Positions 1 through 9,479 of a stretch of DNA of 64,000 nucleotides are shown here, in pieces. The number at the start of each line of letters is the position of its first letter. The stretch's first letter is position 1. The notes below the pieces were generated by a model. It was not told where the DNA came from, did not search any database, and was given only the letters and a program-made list of their open reading frames with translations. Source of the stretch: a virus; IMG/VR virus record IMGVR_UViG_3300037483_000793, positions 32,001 to 96,000 of that record, one strand, 5' to 3'. Both the position numbers and the translations under genes were made by a program.

Positions 1-189
1 ATGACCGCCGCACAGCGGACATTGCGGTGTGACTGCGTCGACGATGTCTTCATCGAACGCGACGAGCCGATCGTCGTACAGCGCTTCGAGGACTTCGGGC
101 GTCGCCGTCGGATGCAGTTTGCGAAAGTCTTCGAGTGTCATGACTTCGAGCGCGTTACGTTCGGCACGTGTCTTCGGCTTGCACGTCAC
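1..189 (-). CDS. hypothetical protein, partial (runs off window), CxxC near edge
   Basis: GTG at 189 overlaps upstream stop (GTGA); open to position 1: MTCKPKTRAERNALEVMTLEDFRKLHP...CPLCGGH. Confidence 0.6.
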   Translation of the reverse strand, partial: MTCKPKTRAERNALEVMTLEDFRKLHPTATPEVLEALYDDRLVAFDEDIVDAVTPQCPLCGGH

Positions 190-746
190 GACGGAAACTC
201 CACGCTGAACAGGTTGAGCCCGTTCCGTGCACAGAACTTATCCGCGAGCTTAACGACCAGCTCGGGGTCCTTGCGCATCTCACGGCCGTTGAGCAGCAAC
301 ATGTCACGTCCATCGGCGCCGATACTGTAGACGTTGACCGTGTACCGGTCGCCCTTGCGGCGCGTGCCGTAGCTGACGTCCGACGGATCACGGTGCCGCA
401 CGACACGCGCCGTGACCCGAAGCGCTTCGACGTCGGTCAGCGGATCGACCTCGGTCCCGAACACGTGAGCTTCCGAGAACCGGCCGTTCTGTTTCACGAA
501 CCACTCGGGCGGCGCGAGCGGCTTGACGAGGAGCCCAAGGAACCCATGCTCGGTGAAGTAGCCGACGACGCGCGACGCGCGCAGTCGGTTGATCCGGACA
601 TTGACGATGTCACCGATCGCGGGAACGTCGAACGTCAGATTCGACCACTTGATGCCGGTCGGGATTTCGTCGCGCGGCGTGTCCTGCTTTGCCAGGTAGC
701 GGATGTGTGCGGGGACGGTCGATAGTTGGCGGTAGGCGGTGGTCAT
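186..746 (-). CDS. phage hypothetical protein
   Basis: ATGA overlap with upstream gene; typical codon usage. Confidence 0.75.
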   Translation of the reverse strand: MTTAYRQLSTVPAHIRYLAKQDTPRDEIPTGIKWSNLTFDVPAIGDIVNVRINRLRASRVVGYFTEHGFLGLLVKPLAPPEWFVKQNGRFSEAHVFGTEVDPLTDVEALRVTARVVRHRDPSDVSYGTRRKGDRYTVNVYSIGADGRDMLLLNGREMRKDPELVVKLADKFCARNGLNLFSVEFPS

Positions 747-1066
747 GGCTTCTCCTTGATGGCAGGCAGGTCAGAGGCATCGAACGCGTAGGTCCGAACG
801 ACGTACTTGGTGACGTAGCGCTCCGTGGCGCCGCCGGACAGGTACACGAACTCGTTGTCGGAGATCTCGTAGAGCACCGCGGTGCGGCCGTCGGTCTCGA
901 TGAACTGCCGCAGGAGTGCCACGTCGATCGCGTTCGCGGCTCTGTGGTCGTTGGTGACGTTGTCGATTTCGATTCTGCGAATCGTCGTCGCAGCGTCGAG
1001 GATTGCTGCGATCCACGCACGTCCGGCCTTGGTGCGGGCCCTGTACTCGAACGGGGCCATCCTCAC
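743..1066 (-). CDS. hypothetical protein
   Basis: GTG 1066 overlaps upstream stop; alternative ATG 1060. Confidence 0.65.
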   Translation of the reverse strand: MRMAPFEYRARTKAGRAWIAAILDAATTIRRIEIDNVTNDHRAANAIDVALLRQFIETDGRTAVLYEISDNEFVYLSGGATERYVTKYVVRTYAFDASDLPAIKEKP

Positions 1067-1866
1067 GACGCCGCCCCAGCGAGCGCGAGTGCGCGCTGTG
1101 CGACCGCGAGACCCGCACGGCGACACGCTGCGTGGTGCGCCCGCGCGGCGAATGCACGCACCGTGTTGTCGCAGTAGCCCTGCCAGTGCGCGAGCAGTCG
1201 CTCGGCGCTGGTGATCGTCTCGTCGGCAGCGATGCTGTGCTCACCGAACGGCCCACCCTTGAACACGAAATAGCTGTCGACGAGCCAGCAACCGAGCCGG
1301 AACCGCTCAGGCATGCTTTCGGGGCCGTCCATGTCGAAGAAGCCGAGCGCGCGGCCGTCGACAGCGACGCCCGAGTGACCAAAGTTGCGGGTGACGGTGA
1401 TGCGTGCAGCGAGCTTGGGTGCCTTCATGACGACGATCTCCTTCTTGGTGGTGACGGGAACGAGCACGAGAGCGCGAACAGCGACCGCGCGAAGAGTGCG
1501 GCGCAGCGACTGACGAACGAGGCGCGCGACCTTGCGCGCCGCGGAAACGGCCTGCGCCTTGCGCAGTGCAGCTTGCGTCGCGAGCGCACGAGCAACCGCG
1601 CGACCGATCGACGCGAGGGCGGCGAAGCCCGCACGGGCGAGGTTTCGGGCCGTGCGGGGCGCCGCAGCGACGGGCAGCGGCAGACCCGCGCGAGCAGCCT
1701 GCAGGCGACGGAGCGCGCGCTCCGAGGCCTTTGCACGGCGCCAGGCGACAGCCTCGGTCTCCGCGGCCTCTTCGGCACGAATCGTCGCGTCCCACTCACG
1801 CTCCATCTGACGCACGAGGCACATGTTGATCCGAGCGGCCGGGGCGAGCTGCGAAATCTTCATCAT
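1063..1866 (-). CDS. hypothetical protein with Ala/Arg-rich N-terminal half
   Basis: First gene of leftward unit; conserved promoter-like motif directly upstream. Confidence 0.7.
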   Translation of the reverse strand: MMKISQLAPAARINMCLVRQMEREWDATIRAEEAAETEAVAWRRAKASERALRRLQAARAGLPLPVAAAPRTARNLARAGFAALASIGRAVARALATQAALRKAQAVSAARKVARLVRQSLRRTLRAVAVRALVLVPVTTKKEIVVMKAPKLAARITVTRNFGHSGVAVDGRALGFFDMDGPESMPERFRLGCWLVDSYFVFKGGPFGEHSIAADETITSAERLLAHWQGYCDNTVRAFAARAHHAACRRAGLAVAQRALALAGAAS

Positions 1867-1896
1867 GGTGAACGACAGACGATCGACCGGCGCGGC

Positions 1897-1920
1897 TATT
1901 CAACAAAGCAAGAGTAAGTT
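1897..1920 (-). promoter_or_regulatory. motif A copy (AACTTACTCTTGCTTTGTTGAATAG)
   Basis: Reverse complement of the motif at 2074, 39034, 42744, 49850; points at gene 1866. Confidence 0.7.
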
Positions 1921-1926
1921 GAGAAC

Positions 1927-1942
1927 GATCCCGGAAGCGATC
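1927..1942. promoter_or_regulatory. motif B near-copy (GATC-N8-GATC)
   Basis: Minus strand GATCGCTTCCGGGATC, nearly identical to 43757 and likewise just upstream of motif A. Confidence 0.45.
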
Positions 1943-2073
1943 TTTCCCTTATAAGGTGGGTTTCCTCGGAAAGGCCCCTAGAAACGTCCCATGCAGGACG
2001 TCCCGGCGAGCAGATCCCGAGCCAGGACCCACGGGACGTCCCTGGAAAGACCCTGGATTTACCCATACTTAGC

Positions 2074-2111
2074 AACTTACTCTTGCTTTGTGAATAGACC
2101 GGACGCTACAA
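2074..2111 (+). promoter_or_regulatory. motif A copy, sigma70-like promoter (TTGCTT-18-TACAAC)
   Basis: AACTTACTCTTGCTTTGTGAATAG upstream of helicase ATG. Confidence 0.7.
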
Positions 2112-2126
2112 CGTCTCAAAGGCACC

Positions 2127-4100
2127 ATGCGCAACAACTACCCCGGAAGCTGCCAGGTCTGCAAAACCCGCGTCGCGGCCCAGGCCGGTGAGGCCCTCAA
2201 GATCGACGGTCGCTGGGCGGTCCTCTGCTCGGCCCACACGGGCGGCACCACGGCCGCCGCAGCGGTCATGGCCCTGGTGATCCGGATCTGGGTCGCGGCG
2301 GGCCGCGTGCTGTGCGCGCCGGTCAGCCGTCTGAACGGCTCGTTCGACAAGTACCTCGCGGCGTCCCGCGCGGTGGGCTTCACCTACAGCAAGGCTGACA
2401 ACGCGCAGGTCGGTAGCCTCGACCGCGCGCACGAACTGACGGCCACGCTCCGTGCCGCGGGCTTCACCTGCGATGTCGCGCCCGAGTTGATTGCCTCACT
2501 GCAGGCACGCAGCGCTCGCGCGCACGGCGAAGTCGCAGCAGCCAACAGCCGCGCCGCTGAGATCGACGCGTTGCTGCGCCAGACCGGCAAGTCGCTGTTC
2601 CCGTTCCAAGGCACAGGCATCAACTGGATTGCGCCACGTACCAAGGCCGTGCTCGGTGACGACATGGGGCTCGGCAAGACGGTGCAGGCGCTGTGCGCTG
2701 CGCCGGTTGGCGCCCCGATCGTCGTGGTCTGTCCCGCTGTCGCCAAGGGCGTGTGGGTCCGCGAGGCGAAGCGTTTCCGCCCCGATCTGACGCCGGTCGC
2801 ACTCGACGGTCGCGGTTCGTTTCGCTGGGCACAGCCAGGCGAGATGATCATCGTCAACTACGACATTCTTCCCGGCGAGAAGGCCGCGCGTAAGGGCTTC
2901 CCCGCGACACTGCCCGCTGACCTCGTGGTCGCGCCGAAGGGCACCGTGCTGATCGCGGACGAGGCACACGCACTCAAGACCAGCGACACGCACCGCACCA
3001 GCCAGTTCCGCGCGCTGCGCCAGTCGACGCTCGCCGCTGACGGTCGCGTGTGGCTGCTGACGGCGACGCCGCTGCTCAACCGTCCGCAGGAGCTGTGGGC
3101 TGTCATGCAGGCGATGGACGCGGGCCGCGAAGTGTTCGGCAGCTACGACAACTACAAGCGCATGTGGAACGCTGAGACGGGCGCGTACGGCCAGACGATC
3201 TGGGGTCGCCCGTCGCCCGAAGTCGCGAAGTGCGTGCAGTCCATCATGCTTCGCCGCATCAAGGCGGAAGTCCTCACCGAGCTGCCGGAGAAGATCGTCC
3301 GCGACGTCGAGGTCAACGGCCTGTCGGCATCGACCAAGAAGCTGTGCGACGCAGCGCTCAATGCGCTCGACGCGGCGGGCATCGACCTCGACGCGGCGCT
3401 CAAGCTCGCGATGGATACGGCTGAGGCACGGCTCGCGTTCGAGCAGCTGTCCAAGGCGCGCGCCGCGCTCGCCGCCGTCAAGCTCAACGCCGCAATCGAG
3501 ATGGTCGAGGCGTTCGAAGACGCCGAGGAGCCCGTGGTCGTGTTCAGCGCACACCGCGCCGCGATCGACGTGCTGGCGACCCGCGAGGGCTGGGCCACCA
3601 TCACGGGTGACACCGCTGCTCACAAGCGCACCGAGATCGAGGATGCGTTCCAGGCGGGCAAGCTCAAGGGTGTCGCCTGCACCATCAAGGCGGGCGGCGT
3701 TGCCATCACGCTGACCAAGGCCTGCAACGAGATCTTCATCGACGAAGAGTGGACACCCGCCCTCAACGCGCAGGCGCAGGATCGCTGCTACCGCATCGGC
3801 CAGTCGCGCGGCGTCGTCGTCACCCGCCTGGTGGCCGCACACGCACTCGACCGCCGTATCGCAGCACTGCTTGCCGTCAAGACCGAGATGATCAGCAGCT
3901 CGATCGACGCAGCACGCCGCGGTGCGACCGAGGTCGTCACCACCGACATCCCGGCGGTCGATGCTGTGGCGCTCGCGGCCGACGCCACGCGCATCCAGAC
4001 CGCGCGTGACACGCTCGCGGCTGCGACGGCCCCGCTCGCGGCGATGCTGCAGCCCGCTGCAGACATCGAGATCGCAGTCAGCACGGAGTGCCCGTTTTGA
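2127..4100 (+). CDS. SNF2/HARP-like superfamily 2 helicase with N-terminal Cys/His domain
   Basis: LGDDMGLGKT Walker A, LIADEAH, LLTATPLLNRPQEL, MLRRIK, C-terminal QAQDRCYRIGQ. Confidence 0.93.
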   Translation: MRNNYPGSCQVCKTRVAAQAGEALKIDGRWAVLCSAHTGGTTAAAAVMALVIRIWVAAGRVLCAPVSRLNGSFDKYLAASRAVGFTYSKADNAQVGSLDRAHELTATLRAAGFTCDVAPELIASLQARSARAHGEVAAANSRAAEIDALLRQTGKSLFPFQGTGINWIAPRTKAVLGDDMGLGKTVQALCAAPVGAPIVVVCPAVAKGVWVREAKRFRPDLTPVALDGRGSFRWAQPGEMIIVNYDILPGEKAARKGFPATLPADLVVAPKGTVLIADEAHALKTSDTHRTSQFRALRQSTLAADGRVWLLTATPLLNRPQELWAVMQAMDAGREVFGSYDNYKRMWNAETGAYGQTIWGRPSPEVAKCVQSIMLRRIKAEVLTELPEKIVRDVEVNGLSASTKKLCDAALNALDAAGIDLDAALKLAMDTAEARLAFEQLSKARAALAAVKLNAAIEMVEAFEDAEEPVVVFSAHRAAIDVLATREGWATITGDTAAHKRTEIEDAFQAGKLKGVACTIKAGGVAITLTKACNEIFIDEEWTPALNAQAQDRCYRIGQSRGVVVTRLVAAHALDRRIAALLAVKTEMISSSIDAARRGATEVVTTDIPAVDAVALAADATRIQTARDTLAAATAPLAAMLQPAADIEIAVSTECPF

Positions 4101-4321
4101 TGGCACCCGGCGACGGATTCGACGCTGAGCTGCTGCAGCGTCCGCTCGCGCAGAAGATCATTCGCGCGCTCAGCGACTTGGAAAGCTCGTTGATCTACGC
4201 CAAGAGCTACTGCCCCGTCGAGCAAGCAAAGCAACACGAAGCGCGCGAGACACTCCGTCACCTGCGCGAGACCTGTCCGACCGTTTACAGAGCCGTCATG
4301 CGACGGCTCGGAAAGAGCTAA
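4100..4321 (+). CDS. hypothetical protein
   Basis: TGATG overlap with helicase stop. Confidence 0.65.
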   Translation: MAPGDGFDAELLQRPLAQKIIRALSDLESSLIYAKSYCPVEQAKQHEARETLRHLRETCPTVYRAVMRRLGKS

Positions 4322-4323
4322 CG

Positions 4324-4677
4324 ATGCGTGAACGTGAAGTAGGCGGATACGAGCCCGACGACAAAGAGCAGCACGAGCTGTTCAAGTTGTGGCACATGTC
4401 GCGGACGGCGATTGCGTTGCCCGGCCCCGAGCGTCAAGCGCTGTTCGACAAGCACGGCGGTGAGCGCGGCGCACGCATCGCGTGGATTGTCGACGAGTTC
4501 CTGAAGGCGCACGCGGGCGAGCCCAACGTCGCGCGCAAGTGGATCTACGTCTGGTGCGAAGCCGTGCTCGGCCGTCCCATCGAAGCGCGTACAGTGACGA
4601 TGACAGACGCGTGGGGACACAAGCGTGTCGTCGGCGGATTCGGCGACGTCGGGATCGCCAAACCGCGCCGCAAGTAA
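4324..4677 (+). CDS. hypothetical protein
   Basis: ORF fills gap; typical codon usage. Confidence 0.7.
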   Translation: MREREVGGYEPDDKEQHELFKLWHMSRTAIALPGPERQALFDKHGGERGARIAWIVDEFLKAHAGEPNVARKWIYVWCEAVLGRPIEARTVTMTDAWGHKRVVGGFGDVGIAKPRRK

Positions 4678-4710
4678 CTCTTGCTTTGTGAATATGGACC
4701 ACGCTACAAG
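4675..4710 (+). promoter_or_regulatory. motif A copy (TTGCTT-18-TACAAG)
   Basis: TAACTCTTGCTTTGTGAATATGGACCACGCTACAAG, close match to 2074 copy. Confidence 0.65.
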
Positions 4711-4729
4711 CGTCTACTCGGTGAACACC

Positions 4730-5152
4730 ATGTCCGACAAGATTGTCATCGTCAGAAACACGTTCAGCTCGCTGCCAAGCGCGCTCGCGGTCATCGAAGA
4801 CCCGAAGCTGCCGCCGCACGTGATGATCTTGCGTAGCGAGGACTGGGAAGTCCTCGTCGATGCCAAGAACGGCAAACTCACCAAGCGCAAGCGCGTCAAG
4901 TTCGAGTCGGTGCCCGACTACGGCACGCTCATGACGTGGGCCGACTTCATCGAAGGTGTCGCGGCCGGTGGCCTCGATGACGACGACGGCGAAGGCGACT
5001 TCGCGACCGCCACCGAGGTCTCGAACATCCTCGTTCCTACTTCTGACATCTACGCCAAGCTGCACCACGGCAACGAGGACGCAGACATCGTCGCGCAGAA
5101 GCTCAAGCCACCGTATGCGTGGGCGACGCACGTCCACTGGTGCAACAAGTAG
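4730..5152 (+). CDS. phage hypothetical protein
   Basis: ATG downstream of promoter; ends ...WATHVHWCNK. Confidence 0.7.
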   Translation: MSDKIVIVRNTFSSLPSALAVIEDPKLPPHVMILRSEDWEVLVDAKNGKLTKRKRVKFESVPDYGTLMTWADFIEGVAAGGLDDDDGEGDFATATEVSNILVPTSDIYAKLHHGNEDADIVAQKLKPPYAWATHVHWCNK

Positions 5153-5163
5153 AGAGGTTCATC

Positions 5164-5385
5164 ATGAGCGCTATCACTCCACGTTCGTATCCGAAGCAGA
5201 AGCCGTTCATCGTCACGCACAAGCCGGTCGGCGTTGGCTGTCCAGCGTGCCACAAGGCCAAGCGTCTGCACGGCGTGATGTTCCGTCTCACGCTCTCGCG
5301 CCTCGAAGAGGGCCTCGGTCACGAGGGCTTCGAGTGCGACAAGTGCGGCGAGCGGATCAAGTACGTGCCCAAGGAGATTAGGTAG
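5164..5385 (+). CDS. small zinc-ribbon protein
   Basis: CPAC...CDKC; RBS GAGAGG. Confidence 0.7.
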   Translation: MSAITPRSYPKQKPFIVTHKPVGVGCPACHKAKRLHGVMFRLTLSRLEEGLGHEGFECDKCGERIKYVPKEIR

Positions 5386-5387
5386 CC

Positions 5388-5693
5388 GTGGGCTTTCCCC
5401 ATCTGCAGCGCTGTGCGAAGCGTGACCACAACTGGAAGCCGATGAAGCGCGGCGGTGCACATGAACAGTGCACAAAGTGCGGTGACGTATTTCCGTGCCG
5501 CAGCGCGTGTGAACATCTCGATTGCATGGTTGCGACCGGCCGAACACTGCCCGACTACGTTGCAAACCACGATCAAGCGCGCGATGCGCTTCTCTCCGAG
5601 CTGGAGATCATCGCGCCGACCGTCTTTGCCGCGGTCGGTACGCCCAAGCGCAAACGCAAACGCAAGCTGGTAGCACTACCGGAGGCCGCATGA
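5388..5693 (+). CDS. Cys-rich hypothetical protein with basic tail
   Basis: CTKCGDVFPCRSACEHLDC; PKRKRKRK. Confidence 0.65.
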   Translation: MGFPHLQRCAKRDHNWKPMKRGGAHEQCTKCGDVFPCRSACEHLDCMVATGRTLPDYVANHDQARDALLSELEIIAPTVFAAVGTPKRKRKRKLVALPEAA

Positions 5694-6511
5694 AGGCAGC
5701 AAAACCGAAGAGTCGTGTGCCAGGCGGGATGGCTGAGCTGTCTGACGATCGCGTCTATGGAGACAACATGACGATGAAGGGTGTACCGGCGTCCAAGCCG
5801 CAGAAGATTCTGCCGAAGGCTGTCGACATCACGTACGAAGCCGTGCGCGCGCAGCTCATCAAGTACGCTGAGCAGCACAGCGGCAAGTACTGGTTGTCGA
5901 CGAACCGAATCATCGATCTGATGAACGGTTGGGACGGCGTAGATACGTACAACAGCAAGTCACTCGAACGTGCCCGCAAGAAGCTGCAGCAGGCATCGGG
6001 CTGGGACAGGCACGAGAAGCCGACATCGGCACAGGCAACAGCGCTGCGTAAGCAGCTCGACAAGCTCGTCGAGGAAAAGCTCGTCGAGAAGGCACGCGGT
6101 CATACCGACGGTAACAACAGCTGGGGCTATCGCTGGATCACCGATGGACTGAAAGCACAGCAGGCCACGCGCCAAGACAACGGCACGAAGGCAAAGGACA
6201 TCGCCCGACGGCTCTCACTTGCGCTTGGCGGCGACGGCGAGTCTGGTGTGAAGCCGTTCCTGACACCCGACGACGGCATCGGCATCCGTGTGAATCTCTA
6301 CGGCGCAACCGCCGAACGCTTGCTCGAAGCAATCAAGGCCTCAAGACTGAGCCCAGACTTCTTCACCGGCAAGCACTGGGAGATTCTCGCTACGCGTGAC
6401 GGTGCAGTTCAGGGTTGTACAGCTGATCGCGAGGACGCGCGTGAAGAGGGCACGATGTTCCACGAAGTCGAAATCGAAAAGTGTCGCAGTTGCCGGGGCG
6501 AGAACGTATGA
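5690..6511 (+). CDS. hypothetical protein (possible winged-helix region)
   Basis: ATGA overlap, GGAGG RBS. Confidence 0.75.
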   Translation: MKAAKPKSRVPGGMAELSDDRVYGDNMTMKGVPASKPQKILPKAVDITYEAVRAQLIKYAEQHSGKYWLSTNRIIDLMNGWDGVDTYNSKSLERARKKLQQASGWDRHEKPTSAQATALRKQLDKLVEEKLVEKARGHTDGNNSWGYRWITDGLKAQQATRQDNGTKAKDIARRLSLALGGDGESGVKPFLTPDDGIGIRVNLYGATAERLLEAIKASRLSPDFFTGKHWEILATRDGAVQGCTADREDAREEGTMFHEVEIEKCRSCRGENV

Positions 6512-6774
6512 ACATCAGCATCGGCAACAACCGCTGGGTCAAGTTCGCACGACGTCCCGATGGTGTGTGGGGCGGACGCGGGCACGGCTACCGATTCCAG
6601 GTCGAGCGCGTGCTGGGCAGTAGACAGTTCAGCGAGCAGTGGCGCTGCCGCGTCTGGCGTGACAAGGGCGGTCCGGTTATCGCAGGCTGCCTGTTCTCCA
6701 AGATGAAGTCGGCGATTCAGGAAGGCGCACGTCGTGCTGACGTCGCAACGACGGAGGCACCGTGCCCTACATAG
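6508..6774 (+). CDS. hypothetical protein
   Basis: ATGA overlap. Confidence 0.65.
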   Translation: MNISIGNNRWVKFARRPDGVWGGRGHGYRFQVERVLGSRQFSEQWRCRVWRDKGGPVIAGCLFSKMKSAIQEGARRADVATTEAPCPT

Positions 6775-7085
6775 AGATCAGCTCACGCGACGGCGCGTTC
6801 GACGTTCGCGCCATGACCGACGCCAGCGCCGATTCACTGCGCATGCAGGGCGGCGATCCTATCCATGTCGAGGATGACGTCTACGAGGCATGGCTCGCGC
6901 ACCTCCGCGAACACCGCGCGTACAACACCATCTGGCGTTCACTCTCGAACGAGCACGGACTGCAGCTGCGTATGCGCGAGCTGACCGACAACGTGGTGCG
7001 CCTGCGCGGCATCGTTGAGCTGGCACGCAGAGTCGCAGAGGCAGACGACGCGAAGAAGACGCAGACCAAGAAGAAGAAGTCATGA
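6762..7085 (+). CDS. hypothetical protein
   Basis: GGAGG RBS before GTG. Confidence 0.65.
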   Translation: MPYIEISSRDGAFDVRAMTDASADSLRMQGGDPIHVEDDVYEAWLAHLREHRAYNTIWRSLSNEHGLQLRMRELTDNVVRLRGIVELARRVAEADDAKKTQTKKKKS

Positions 7086-7528
7086 GCACCAAATGCAAAT
7101 CACCCATCGACAACACGATCAACCAGAGCCCGACGACGCGTATCGCAAAGATGCTGTACGACCTCGTGCTTGCACTGCCGGGCCATCCACCGACAGCGCG
7201 GGCGCACGCCGTAATCGCGCGCGGGATCGCGCTGCTTGCGCAGCAAGCCAAGTTGACGCCGAAGGCATTCGATTGCGCCAACGGCGCCGACGCGCTTGCC
7301 GCGATCGCGCATACCGTGTCGCGCGACGAGCTGGTGCATCTCGGCAACAGCTCAGCACAGGTACTGAGCGCTCGCTGGTCAGCGGCGATCTATCTCATCG
7401 GGACAAAGCTGCACCCGTCGCTGTCGCTGGCCGATGTGCGGCGCTTCGCCGACACGTCAACAGATCCCGTCGACCGTCCCGCTGATGATTCTTGGCCACC
7501 CAAGTTGTTCGGAAAGTTCATGTCATGA
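7082..7528 (+). CDS. hypothetical protein
   Basis: ATGA overlaps at both ends. Confidence 0.65.
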   Translation: MSTKCKSPIDNTINQSPTTRIAKMLYDLVLALPGHPPTARAHAVIARGIALLAQQAKLTPKAFDCANGADALAAIAHTVSRDELVHLGNSSAQVLSARWSAAIYLIGTKLHPSLSLADVRRFADTSTDPVDRPADDSWPPKLFGKFMS

Positions 7529-9327
7529 CGCAAACAAAAGAACACGCAGCGCACTTCCGGATCAGCGGCGCGGACTTCACACGCATCGCGCGTGAGCGTC
7601 TACTCGAAGACGCGCCAGGTCATGCGTGGCGCATCGCAACTTGCCTCGGCAACGACAGTGGCGAAGATCGTGACAGCGGCGTTGCGGACATCGCACTCGG
7701 GATTCTGAACGGCACCAAGAAGCTCGTCGGTGACGAACGTGACATGCGCGTCGTCAAGGAACACGCCAAGGTCACCGCGAAGCACGTGAAGGACGTGGAC
7801 TTCATCTACGCTGGCCGAATCCGCATCGGTGACAAGTGGTACCGCCCGATCGCGTACGTCAGCGACATGGGCGCACGCGACATGCGCAACGATCACGGTA
7901 AGCCGGTCATGCGGATCGGCAGCGGTATGCGAACCGGCTACGGCAACCGCGCCTGGCACTACTGCGGCAGGGACGAAATCGTCGTCGATAACGCCACCTA
8001 CAAGGACCCGCACAGCCACGGCATGGCGCGCGAGGTCATCTTCCGAACCTGTGGCGAGCGTCCGCACTGGATGGACGTCCCGCGCGATGGCCAAGCCGCA
8101 CTCGACGAGTTTCTCGCACTCGGGCACAGTCTCGAAGAACGTAGCCACAGCAAGTGGTACGGCACGACGTCCGAGGAGATCTGGGCCGACGACGCCAATG
8201 AGCGCACTCCGCTGGAAATGAACGACGGGCCTGAACAACCTGCACGTGTTGCACGCGGTATTTACACGAACGCCGAACGCAACAGACGAGAGCGCGCCGC
8301 ACTCGAAAAGGGCGACGTCGGATTGATGAACGCACGCATCAATGCCGAACTGGAACTCGCGAACGAACTCGATGAAGACGACCGGCCTGAGATCCAAGCA
8401 CTCCGCGACGACCCGCAGCGCGGCGAAATGATCAAGCGTGCGTACAAGAAAGGTCTCGGCGTTGGCGTGATAGCCGAGATGCTCGACGAGATGGACCCGA
8501 CCGCGCTCGCCAAGCTCAAGCCCGAAACGGCACACGAGATCGAAGCCGAGCGGCTCCGCGAGGACTACCGTCTCGCGCAAGAGATCACCGACGAGGCCGC
8601 GCGCGAGGAAGCCGAAGACCAGATCGATGCTGAGCGCGAGGCTCTGCGCCTGCGACGTTTGGCTGACCTACGCGTCGTGATTCTGAAGCAAGCGGGCGAC
8701 GATCTGCTCGATCTCAGCTGGAACGTGGTCATGAACCACGACAACACCGAGGTTCGTGTACCGGCCGGTTCTGCGAAAGTTCCACGCGCGCCGTTCCTGC
8801 ACTGGGCATTCGCGCGCATGAAGATGTTCGAGGAGCAACTGCCGCCGTGGCAGACAGTTTGCCCGCCGGGCATGAAGATGATGAACGACGATCCGTACCA
8901 CACCGACTGGGTGGTCGGCGCCGGGCTCGATCCGGACGATCGATCGCTGCTCTACTATCCCGGACCGGTCGCTGACGCAGCGATGCAACTCGCGCACGAG
9001 CTGCAGGACAAGTTCGACAAGCCGTCGCCGGTTCACGTCCTCGTCGACGGCCCGCACGCAATCGGTCCAGTCCATCACGGCAAGCGCAAGAAGCCGTGCC
9101 CCGCGGGCGCAATCGTCGTGCTGCCGAACCTGCACCCGGATTACGTGATCACGATCGAAGACGCGGTCGGCGTCATCACCGAAGAGGGTGGCGCCGTCGC
9201 GCATCTGGCTCAAGTCGGGCGCGAGCGGAACCTGCCGATCGTTCGCATCGAGAACGCGCTCAAGCGATTCGCACCCGACGAGCAAATCGTGATCGACACG
9301 GCATCACGCTCGGTGACGGGGTTGTGA
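7525..9327 (+). CDS. large protein with C-terminal PEP-utilising enzyme mobile (phosphohistidine swivel) domain
   Basis: GAIVVLPNLHPDY...GVITEEGGAVAHLAQVGRERNLPIV resembles GGxTSHAAIVAR...PxV. Confidence 0.8.
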   Translation: MTQTKEHAAHFRISGADFTRIARERLLEDAPGHAWRIATCLGNDSGEDRDSGVADIALGILNGTKKLVGDERDMRVVKEHAKVTAKHVKDVDFIYAGRIRIGDKWYRPIAYVSDMGARDMRNDHGKPVMRIGSGMRTGYGNRAWHYCGRDEIVVDNATYKDPHSHGMAREVIFRTCGERPHWMDVPRDGQAALDEFLALGHSLEERSHSKWYGTTSEEIWADDANERTPLEMNDGPEQPARVARGIYTNAERNRRERAALEKGDVGLMNARINAELELANELDEDDRPEIQALRDDPQRGEMIKRAYKKGLGVGVIAEMLDEMDPTALAKLKPETAHEIEAERLREDYRLAQEITDEAAREEAEDQIDAEREALRLRRLADLRVVILKQAGDDLLDLSWNVVMNHDNTEVRVPAGSAKVPRAPFLHWAFARMKMFEEQLPPWQTVCPPGMKMMNDDPYHTDWVVGAGLDPDDRSLLYYPGPVADAAMQLAHELQDKFDKPSPVHVLVDGPHAIGPVHHGKRKKPCPAGAIVVLPNLHPDYVITIEDAVGVITEEGGAVAHLAQVGRERNLPIVRIENALKRFAPDEQIVIDTASRSVTGL

Positions 9328-9479
9328 TGAGCTGGATCGAGATCATCTGCTGGCGTCAGACCTACGACCCACGCGAGTTCATGTCAGTTCTTCAGTGCAT
9401 GATCGTTGAATCGGCGCTGATGCGCGGCGACACCAAGACGGCGAAGCAGCACATGATCGACTGGAAGATCATCCGATGA
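9327..9479 (+). CDS. small hypothetical protein
   Basis: TGATG and ATGA overlaps; 50 aa. Confidence 0.55.
   Translation: MSWIEIICWRQTYDPREFMSVLQCMIVESALMRGDTKTAKQHMIDWKIIR

Noticed and set aside
2496-4106. Long antisense ORFs (also 7600-8580, 10986-12359, 13235-14242, 43830-45296, 47720-48607, 53944-55158)
   Set aside because: Shadows of high-GC3 sense genes; no motifs or RBS, and rich in Arg/Ala/Val/Leu.
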